NCBI RefSeq assembly: GCF_009914755.1
Contig: NC_060948.1
Origin: the human T2T-CHM13v2.0 reference genome, Homo sapiens
Length of the DNA: 64,000 nucleotides
Direction: 5' to 3' (one strand)
Part shown: piece by piece, positions 1-10,707 of the stretch
Layout: every line of letters starts with the position of its first letter
How positions within the stretch are numbered: the stretch's first letter is position 1
Made by a program: the position numbers and the translations under genes
The notes under the pieces: generated by a model
Told to the model about the DNA's origin: nothing
Databases searched by the model: none
Seen by the model: only the letters and a program-made list of their open reading frames with translations

Positions 1-1334
1 GGATTGGAAAGGAATAGAATGGAATGGAATGGAATTGACTCAAATGGAATGGACTAGAATGGAATGGATTCGAATGGAAGGCAAAGGAATGGAATCTATT
101 GGAATGGAATGTAATGGAATGGAATGGAAGGGATTGGAATGGACTCGAATGGAATGGACTGCAATAGAAAGGATTCGAATGGAATGAAAAAGAATTGAAT
201 GGAATAGAACAGAATGGAATCAAATCGAATGAAATGGAATGGAATAGAAAGGAATGGAATGAAATGGAATGGAAAGGATTCGAATGGAATGCAATCGAAT
301 GGAATGGAATCGAACGGAATGGAATAAAATGGAAGAAAACTGGCAAGAAATGGAATCGAAATGAATGGAGTGTTATGGAACGGACTCAAAAGGAATTGAA
401 TGTAATAGAATGGAGTGGAGTGGACTCGAATATAATGGACTGGAATGGAATGAAATCACATGGAATGGGAACGAATGGAATGGAATGGAAAGGAATGGAA
501 TGGAATGGAAAGGAATCGAATGGAAGGGAATGAAAATGAATCAACAGGAATGGAAGGGAATAGAATAGACGGTAATGGAATGGACTCGAATAGAATGGAC
601 ACGAATGCTCAAATTGAATGGACTCGAAAGGAATGGAAAGGAAAGGAATGTCATCGAATGGAATTGAATCGATTGGAATGAAATCGCATAGAATGGAGTG
701 GAATCAAATGGAATTGAATCGAAAGGAAAGGAAGCGAATGGACTGAAATGAAATGGAATGGAATTGAATGGAAAGTAATGCAATGGAATAGAATGGAACG
801 AAATTTCACGGAATGGAATCAAACTGAATGGAATCAAATCAATGGAATCTAATCAAATGGAATGGAAAGGAATTGAATGGAGTAGATTGGATTGGATGGG
901 ATTGGAATGAAATGTACTGGAAAGGACTCGAATTTCATGAAACGGAATGGAATGAATTGGAACGGAATGGACTCGAATGGAATGGAATGTCATGGAATGG
1001 CATCAAATGGAATGGCATCAAATGGAATGGAATCGAATGCAATGGAATGCTATGGAATGGAATGGAATGCATTGGAATGGAATGTCCTCTAATGGAATGG
1101 ATTCGAGTGGAATGGAATCGAATATAATGGAGTCGAATGAAATGGAATTGAAAAGAATGGGATCGAATACAATGGAATATACTGGAATGTAATGTAATGA
1201 ACTCGAATGTAATTGACTGGAATGGAATGTACATGAATGGAATGTAATCGAATAGAAAGTAATCCAATGGAATAGAATGTAAAGCAATAAAATCGACTCA
1301 GATAGAGTAGAATGTAATGGAATGGAGTGTAGTG

Positions 1335-1410
1335 CAATGGAATGGAATGGAATGGAATGCAATGGAATGGAATGGAATGGAATGGAATGGGATGGAATGG
1401 TATGGAATGG
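1335..1410 (+). repeat. Near-pure (GGAAT)n tract of variable length (intra-unit VNTR); unit 1 copy shown, present in every unit
   Basis: Lies between gagtg(c/t)agtgcaat and ggatag(t/a)aat. The distance between flanking ORF landmarks varies from 210 to 240 bp in steps of 5 across the 18 units. Confidence 0.9.
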
Positions 1411-1714
1411 ATAGTAATGGACTGGAGTGAAATGGACTGGAAAGGAATGGACTCAAATTGAAAGGGCTCGAAAGGAATGGAGACAAATGGAATGGTCTGG
1501 AATGGAATGAACACGAATGTAATGCAATCCAATAGAATGGAGTCGAATGGCAGGGAATATAAAGAAATGGAATCGAAGAGAATGGAAACAAATGGAATGG
1601 AATTGAATGGAATGGAATTGAATGGAATGGGAACGAATGGAGTGAAATTGTATGCAGTAGAAGAGAATAGAATGGAATGCAAGCGAAAGGAAAGGAATGG
1701 ATTGGAATGGAATG

Positions 1715-1758
1715 GAATTCATTGGAATGGAAGGGAATGTAGTGTAATGGACAGGCCT
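1715..1758 (+). other. Diagnostic once-per-unit EcoRI (GAATTC, 1715-1720) and StuI/HaeIII (AGGCCT, 1753-1758) sites; unit 1 copy shown
   Basis: Read directly and seen in each unit. Consistent with the classical male-specific ~3.4-3.6 kb HaeIII/EcoRI band of DYZ1. Confidence 0.85.
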
Positions 1759-2128
1759 GCAATAAAGTGGAATGCTACGGTCTCGAATGGAATAAAAATG
1801 TATGGAATGGAATGCAATGAAACGGAATCGAATGTCATAGAATGTAATGGAATGCAAAAAAATGGAATCCAAAATCATTGACTGGAAAGGCTGGGTGTCG
1901 AAAGGAATTGACTCCAATGGAATGGAATCGAATGGAATGGAAGTGAATAGAATCAAACTAAATCGAATGGAATGGAATTGATAGGAACGGAATGGAAAGG
2001 AATGCAATGATTTGGCATGGAATGGAATCGAATGGCATCAAATGGAATGGAATGGAATGCAATGGAATGGAATGTATTAGAATATAATGAACTTTAATGG
2101 AATGTACTCGAATGGATTCGACTGGAAT

Positions 2129-2143
2129 GGAATGTTCTGGAAG
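2129..2143. promoter_or_regulatory. Consensus heat-shock element gGAAtgTTCtgGAAg; unit 1 copy shown, repeated in every unit
   Basis: Exact match to nGAAnnTTCnnGAAn. Binding is not demonstrated by sequence alone. Confidence 0.6.
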
Positions 2144-2408
2144 TGAATGGACTCCAATGGAATGGATTCCAAAGGAATGGAATCGTACGGAATGGAATCT
2201 AATGGAATGGAATTAAATGGAAATGAATCAAATTGAATAGCACGGAATTGAATTGAATGGAATGGAATGCAATGGAATCTAATGAAACGGAAAGGAAAGG
2301 AATGCAATGGAATGGAATGGGCTGGAATGGAAAGGAATCGAAACGAATGGAATGGAATCGAACTGAAGAGACTGGAATGGAAAGCACTGGAATGGAAGGG
2401 AGTGTAAT

Positions 2409-2423
2409 GGAAGGTTCTCGAAA
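2409..2423. promoter_or_regulatory. Consensus heat-shock element gGAAggTTCtcGAAa; unit 1 copy shown, repeated in every unit
   Basis: Exact match to nGAAnnTTCnnGAAn. Confidence 0.6.
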
Positions 2424-3434
2424 AAAATGGAATCGAATGGAATGGAATTGAATGGAACGGAATAGAGTCGAATGCAATTGAATGGAATGGAATGGACTAG
2501 AGTGAAATGGAATCGAACCACAAGGAATGGACAGGAATAGAATGGTCTCGAATTGAATGGAATCGTATGGAATGGCATCAAACGGAATGGAATGGACAGC
2601 CACGGAATGGAATGCACTCGAATGCAATGGAGTCGAAACTAATGGACTGGAATAGAATGGATTCGACTGGTACGGACTCCAATGGAATGGAATCGAATGG
2701 AAGGGAATCGAACGGAATGGACTCGAAGGGAAAAGACTGCAATGGAAAGGTCTCGAATGGAATGGAAATTAATGGAATGGAATGGAATCGAATGAAATGG
2801 AGTCAAAAGGAATGGAATCGAATGGCAAGAAATCAAATGTAATGGAATCGCAAGGAATTGATGTGAACGGAACGGAATGGAATGGAATCCAAAGGAATGG
2901 AATAGAATGGAATGGAATCGAATGGAAAGGACTCGAATGGAAATCACTCGAATAGAATGCAATTTAATAAAATAGGATCAAATGTAATGGAATGGAATGG
3001 AAAGGAATCGAAACGAAAGGAATGGAGACCGATGGAATGGAATGGAACAGAGAGCAATGGTATAGAATGGAATGGAATCATCTGGAATGGAATTGAATGG
3101 AATGGAATAATATGAAATGGAATGGAATGGAATGGAATGGAATGCCCTTGAATTAAATGAACTGGAATGGAATGGACTCGAACAGAGTGGAATGGAAAGT
3201 GTTGAGATAGAATGGAATGGACTCCTTTGGAATGGTCTAGCATGCAATGCAATCGACTGGCAGGGAATCAAAAGGAATGTAATAGAATGGATTGGACTGG
3301 AATGCAATGGACTCGAATAGATTGGAAACGGAATGCAAAGGAATGGAATGGAATAGTATGGAATGGAATGGAAAGGAATGGAGTGGAATAGACTAGAGTG
3401 GAATGGAATGGACTCGAAAGCAATGGACTGGAAT

Positions 3435-3449
3435 GGAACTTTCTTGAAT
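3435..3449. promoter_or_regulatory. Consensus heat-shock element gGAActTTCttGAAt; unit 1 copy shown, present in units 1-17
   Basis: Exact match to nGAAnnTTCnnGAAn. Confidence 0.6.
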
Positions 3450-3549
3450 GGACTGGAATCAAACGGAATGGAATGCAATGCAATCAAATGGCATGGAATA
3501 AGATAGAATGAAAGAGAATCAAATGGAATTGAATGGAATGGAATCGAAT

Positions 3550-6500
3550 GGATTGGAAAGGAATAGAATGGAATGGAATGGAATTGACTCAAATGGAATG
3601 GACTAGAATGGAATGGATTCGAATGGAAGGCAAAGGAATGGAATCTATTGGAATGGACTGTAATGGAATGCAATGAAAGGGATTGGAATGGACTCGAATG
3701 GAATGGACTGCAATAGAAAGGATTCGAATGGAATGAAAAAGAATTGAATGGAATAGAACAGAATGGAATCAAATCGAATGAAATGGAATGGAATAGAAAG
3801 GAATGGAATGAAATGGAATGGAAAGGATTCGAATGGAATGCAATCGAATGGAATGGAATCGAACGGAATGGAATAAAATGGAAGAAAACTGGCAAGAAAT
3901 GGAATCGAAATGAATGGAGTGTTATGGAATGGACTCAAAAGGAATTGAATGTAATAGAATGGAGTGGAGTGGACTCGAATATAATGGACTGGAATGGAAT
4001 GAAATCACACGGAATGGGAACGAATGGAATGGAATGGAAAGGAATGGAATCGAATGGAAAGGAATCGAATGGAAGGGAATGAAATTGAATCAACAGGAAT
4101 GGAAGGGAATAGAATAGACGGTAATGGAATGGACTCGAATAGAATGGACACGAATGCTCAAATTGAATGGACTTGAATGGAATGGAAACGAAAGGAATGT
4201 CATCGAATGGAATTGAATCGATTGGAATGAAATCGCATAGAATGGAGTGGAATCAAATGGAATTGAATCGAAAGGAAAGGAAGCGAATGGACTGAAATGA
4301 AATGGAATGGAATTGAATGGAAAGTAATGCAATGGAATAGAATGGAACGAAATTTCACGGAATGGAATCAAACTGAATGGAATCAAATCAATGGAATCTA
4401 ATCAAATGGAATGGAAAGGAATTGAATGGAGTAGATTGGATTGGATGGGATTGGAATGAAATCTACTGGAAAGGACTCGAATTTCATGAAACGGAATGGA
4501 ATGAATTGGAACGGAATGGACTCGAATGGAATGGAATGTCATGGAATGGCATCAAATGGAATGGCATCAAATGGAATGGAATCGAATGCAATGGAATGTT
4601 ATGGAATGGAATGGAATGCATTGGAATGGAATGTCCTCTAATGGAATGGATTCGAGTGGAATGGAATCGAATATAATGGAGTCGAATGAAATGGAATTGA
4701 AAGGAATGGGATCGAATAGAATGGAATATACTGGAATGTAATGTAATGAACTCGAATGTAATTGACTGGAATGGAATGTACATGAATGGAAGGTAATCGA
4801 ATGGAAAGTAATCCAATGGAATAGAATCTAATGCAATAAAACCGACTCAGATAGAGTAGAATGTAATGGAATGGAGTGCAGTGCAATGGAATGGAATGGA
4901 ATTGAATGCAAAGGAATGGAATGGAATGGAATGGAATGGAATGGAATGGAATGGAATGGAATGGAATGGGATGGAATGGTATGGAATGGATAGAAATGGA
5001 CTGGAGTGAAATGGACTGGAAAGGAATGGACTCAAATTGAAAGGGCTCGAAAGGAATGGAGTCAAATGGAATGGTCTGGAATGGAATGAACACGAATGTA
5101 ATGCAATCCAATAGAATGGAATCGAATGGCATGGAATATAAAGAAATGGATACGAAGAGAATGGAAACAAATGGAATGGAATTGAATGGAATGGAATTGA
5201 ATGGAATGGGAACGAATGGAGTGAAATTGTATGCAGTAGAAGGGAATAGAATGGAATGCAAGCGAAAGGAAAGGAATGGATTGGAATGGAATGGAATTCA
5301 TTGGAATGGAAGGGAATGTAGTGTAATGGACAGGCCTGGAATAAAGTGGAATGCTACGGTCTCGAATGGAATAAAAATGTATGGAATGGAATGCAATGAA
5401 ACGGAATCGAATGTCATAGAATGTAATGGAATGCAACAAAATGGAATCCAAAATCATTGACTGGAAAGGCTGGGTGTCGAAAGGAATTGACTCCAATGGA
5501 ATGGAATCGAATGGAATGGAAGTGAATAGAATCGAACTAAATCGAATGGAATGGAATTGATAGGAACGGAATGGAAAGGAATGCAATGATTTGGCATGGA
5601 ATGGAATCGAATGGCATCGAATGGAATGGAATGGAATGCAATGGAATGGAATGTATTAGAATGTAATGAACTTTAATGGAATGTACTCGAATGGATTCGA
5701 CTGGAATGGAATGTTCTGGAAGTGAATGGACTCCAATGGAATGGATTCAAAAGGAATGGAATCGTACGGAATGGAATCTAATGGAATGGAATTAAATGGA
5801 AATGAATCAAATTGAATAGCACGGAATTGAATTGAATGGAATGGAATGCAATGGAATCTAATGAAACGGAAAGGAAAGGAATGGAATGGAATGGAATGGG
5901 CTGGAATGGAAAGGAATCGAAACGAATGGAATGGAATCGAACTGAAGAGACTGGAATGGAATGCACTGGAATGGAAGGGAGTGTAATGGAAGGTTCTCGA
6001 AAAAAATGGAATCGAATGGAATGGAATTGAATGGAACGGAATAGAGTCGAATGGAATTGAATGGAATGGAATGGACTAGAGTGAAATGGAATCGAACCAC
6101 AAGGAATGGAGAGGAATAGAATGGTCTCGAATTGAATGGAATCATATGGAATGGCATCAAACGGAATGGAATGGACAGCCACGGAATGGAATGCACTCGA
6201 ATGCAATGGAGTCGAAACTAATGGACTGGAATAGAATGGACTCGACTGGTACGGACTCCAATGGAATGGAATCGAATGGAAGGGAATCGAACGGAATGGA
6301 CTCGAAGGGAAAAGACTGCAATGGAAAGGTCTCGAATGGAATGGAAATTAATGGAATGGAATGGAATCGAATGAAATGGAGTCAAAAGGAATGGAATCGA
6401 ATGGCAAGAAATCGAATGTAATGGAATCGCAAGGAATTGATGTGAACGGAACGGAATGGAATGGAATCCAAAGGAATGGAATAGAATGGAATGGAATCGA

Positions 6501-7128
6501 ATGGAAAGGACTCGAATGGAAATCACTCGAATAGAATGCAATTTAATAAAATAGGATCAAATATAATGGAATGGAATGGAAAGGAATCGAAACGAAAGGA
6601 ATGGAGACAGATGGAATGGAATAGAACAGAGAGCAATGGTATAGAATGGAATGGAATCATCTGGAATGGAATTGAATGGAATGGAATAATATGAAATGGA
6701 ATGGAATGGAATGGAATGGAATGCCCTTGAATTAAATGAACTGGAATGGAATGGACTCGAACAGAGTGGAATGGAAAGTGTTGAGATAGAATGGAATGGA
6801 CTCCTTTGGAATGGTCTAGCATGCAATGCAATCGACTGGCAGGGAATCAAAAGGAATGTAATCGAATGGATTGGACTGGAATGCAATGGACTCGAATAGA
6901 TTGCAAACAGAATGCAAAGGAATGGAATGGAATAGTATGGAATGGAATGGAAAGGAATGGAGTGGAATAGACTAGAGTGGAATGGAATGGACTGGAAAGC
7001 AATGGACTGGAATGGAACTTTCTTGAATGGACTGGAATCAAACGGAATGGAATGCAATGCAATCAAATGGCATGGAATAAGATAGAATGAAAGAGAATCA
7101 AATGGAATTGAATCGAATGGAATCGAAT
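3550..7128 (+). repeat. Unit 2 (3579 bp)
   Basis: Landmark spacing; homologous ORF ends at 3938 and 7517. Confidence 0.9.
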
Positions 7129-10100
7129 GGATTGGAAAGGAATAGAATGGAATGGAATGGAATTGACTCAAATGGAATGGACTAGAATGGAATGGATTCG
7201 AATGGAAGGCAAAGGAATGGAATCTATTGGAATGGACTGTAATGGAATGGAATGGAAGGGATTGGAATGGACTCGAATGGAATGGACTGCAATAGAAAGG
7301 ATTTGAATGGAATGAAAAAGAATTGAATGGAATAGAACAGAATGGAATCAAATCGAATGAAATGGAATGGAATAGAAAGGAATGGAATGAAATGGAATGG
7401 AAAGGATTCGAATGGAATGCAATCGAATGGAATGGAATCGAACGGAATGGAATAAAATGGAAGAAAACTGGCAAGAAATGGAATCGAAATGAATGGAGTG
7501 TTATGGAACGGACTCAAAAGGAATTGAATGTAATAGAATGGAGTGGAGTGGACTCGAATATAATGGACTGGAATGGAATGAAATCACATGGAATGGGAAC
7601 GAATGGAATGGAATGGAAAGGAATGGAATCGAATGGAAAGGAATCGAATGGAAGGGAATGAAATTGAATCAACAGGAATGGAAGGGAATAGAATAGACGG
7701 TAATGGAATGGACTCGAATAGAATGGACACGAATGCTCAAATTGAATGGACTCGAATGGAATGGAAACGAAAGGAATGTCATCGAATGGAATTGAATCGA
7801 TTGGAATGAAATCGCATAGAATGGAGTGGAATCAAATGGAATTGAATCGAAAGGAAAGGAAGCGAATGGACTGAAATGAAATGGAATGGAATTGAATGGA
7901 AAGTAATGCCATGGAATAGAATGGAACGAAATTTCACGGAATGGAATCAAACTGAATGGAATCAAATCAATGGAATCTAATCAAATGGAATGGAAAGGAA
8001 TTGAATGGAGTAGATTGGATTGGATGGGATTGGAATGAAATGTACTGGAAAGGACTCGAATTTCATGAAACGGAATGGAATGAATTGGAACGGAATGGAC
8101 TCGAATGGAATGGAATGTCATGGAATGGCATCAAATGGAATGGCATCAAATGGAATGGAATCGAATGCAATGGAATGCTATGGAATGGAATGGAATGCAT
8201 TGGAATGGAATGTCCTCTAATGGAATGGATTCGAGTGGAATGGAATCGAATATAATGGAGTCGAATGAAATGGAATTGAAAGGAATGGGATCGAATAGAA
8301 TGGAATATACTGGAATGTAATGTAATGAACTCGAATGTAATTGACTGGAATGGAATGTACATGAATGGAATGTAATCGAATGGAAAGTAATCCAATGGAA
8401 TAGAATCTAATGCAATAAAATCGACTCAGATAGAGTAGAATGTAATGGAATGGAGTGCAGTGCAATGGAATGGAATGGAATGGAATGCAATGGAATGGAA
8501 TGGAATGGAATGGAATGGAATGGAATGGAATGGAATGGGATGGAATGGTATGGAATGGTATGGAATGGATAGTAATGGACTGGAGTGAAATGGACTGGAA
8601 AGGAATGGACTCAAATTGAAAGGGCTCGAAAGGAATGGAGTCAAATGGAATGGTCTGGAATGGAATGAACACGAATGTAATGCAATCCAATACAATGGAA
8701 TCGAATGGCATGGAATATAAAGAAATGGATTCGAAGAGAATGGAAACAAATGGAATGGAATTGAATGGAATGGAATTGAATGGAATGGGAACGAATGGAG
8801 TGAAATTGTATGCAGTAGAAGGGAATAGAATGGAATGCAAGCGAAAGGAAAGGAATGGATTGGAATGGAATGGAATTCATTGGAATGGAAGGGAATGTAG
8901 TGTAATGGACAGGCCTGGAATAAAGTGGAATGCTACGGTCTCGAATGGAATAAAAATGTATGGAATGGAATACAAAGAAACGGAATCGAATGTCATAGAA
9001 TGTAATGGAATGCAACAAAATGGAATCCAAAATCATTGACTGGAAAGGCTGGGTGTCGAAAGGAATTGACTCCAATGGAATGGAATCGAATGGAATGGAA
9101 GTGAATAGAATCGAACTAAATCGAATGGAATGGAATTGATAGGAACGGAATGGAAAGGAATGCAATGATTTGGCATGGAATGGAATCGAATGGCATCGAA
9201 TGGAATGGAATGGAATGCAATGGAATGGAATGTATTAGAATGTAATGAACTTTAATGGAATGTACTCGAATGGATTCGACTGGAATGGAATGTTCTGGAA
9301 GTGAATGGGCTCCTATGGAATGGATTCAAAAGGAATGGAATCGTACGGAATGGAATCTAATGGAATGGAATTAAATGGAAATGAATCAAATTGAATAGCA
9401 CGGAATTGAATTGAATGGAATGGAATGCAATGGAATCTAATGAAACGGAAAGGAAAGGAATGGAATGGAATGGAATGGGCTGGAATGGAAAGGAATCGAA
9501 ACGAATGGAATGGAATCGAACTGAAGAGACTGGAATGGAATGCACTGGAATGGAAGGGAGTGTAATGGAAGGTTCTCGAAAAAAATGGAATCGAATGGAA
9601 TGGAATTGAATGGAACGGAATAGAGTCGAATGGAATTGAATGGAATGGAATGGACTAGAGTGAAATGGAATCAAACCACAAGGAATGGAGAGGAATAGAA
9701 TGGTCTCGAATTGAATGGAATCGTATGGAATGGCATCAAACGGAATGGAATGGACAGCCACGGAATGGAATGCACTCGAATGCAATGGAGTCGAAACTAA
9801 TGGACTGGAATAGAATGGACTCGACTGGTACGGACTCCAATGGAATGGAATCGAATGGAAGGGAATCGAACGGAATGGACTCGAAGGGAAAAGACTGCAA
9901 TGGAAAGGTCTGGAATGGAATGGAAATTAATGGAATGGAATGGAATCGAATGAAATGGAGTCAAAAGGAATGGAATCGAATGGCAAGAAATCGAATGTAA
10001 TGGAATCGCAAGGAATTGATGTGAACGGAACGGAATGGAATGGAATCCAAAGGAATGGAATAGAATGGAATGGAATCGAATGGAAAGGACTCGAATGGAA

Positions 10101-10707
10101 ATCACTCGAATAGAATGCAATTTAATAAAATAGGATCAAATGGAATGGAATGGAATGGAAAGGAATCGAAACGAAAGGAATGGAGACAGATGGAATGGAA
10201 TGGAACAGAGAGCAATGCTATAGAATGGAATGGAATCATCTGGAATGGAATTGAATGGAATGGAATAATATGAAATGGAATGGAATGGAATGGAATGGAA
10301 TGCCCTTGAATTAAATGGACTGGAATGGAATGGACTCCAACAGAGTGGAATGGAAAGTGTTGAGATAGAATGGAATGGACTCCTTTGGAATGGTGTAGTA
10401 TGCAATGCAATCGACTGGCAGGGAATCAAAAGGAATGTAATCGAATGGATTGGACTGGAATGCAATGGACTCGAATAGATTGCAAACAGAATGCAAAGGA
10501 ATGGAATGGAATAGTATGGAATGGAATGGAAAGGAATGGAGTGGAATAGACTAGAGTGGAATGGAATGGACTGGAAAGCAATGGACTGGAATGGAACTTT
10601 CTTGAATGGACTGGAATCAAACGGAATGGAATGCAATGCAATCAAATGGCATGGAATAAAATAGAATGAAAGAGAATCAAATGGAATTGAATCGAATGGA
10701 ATCGAAT
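7129..10707 (+). repeat. Unit 3 (3579 bp)
   Basis: Homologous ORF ends at 7517 and 11096. Confidence 0.9.

Larger units (their letters stand above)
1..3549 (+). repeat. Unit 1 (3549 bp), divergent
   Basis: Boundary set arbitrarily at the landmark ggattggaaaggaatagaatgg; next copy starts at 3550. Has the shortest VNTR and many private variants. Confidence 0.9.

Noticed and set aside
885-905. G-rich patches (ggattggatgggattgg; ggctgggtgtcg) as G-quadruplexes
   Set aside because: They lack four runs of three or more G; GG doublets are simply the satellite background.
797-945. Additional HSE-like motifs gaaatttcacgga (~800) and gaatttcatgaa (~930)
   Set aside because: Each has only two correctly spaced nGAAn units or a mismatched third, so they were not counted as full HSEs.
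2959-2980. AATAAA hexamers and the AT-rich island gcaatttaataaaatagg as polyadenylation or TATA signals
   Set aside because: AATAAA arises readily from GGAAT followed by an A-rich variant pentamer, several times per unit. There is no downstream GU-rich element or transcript evidence.
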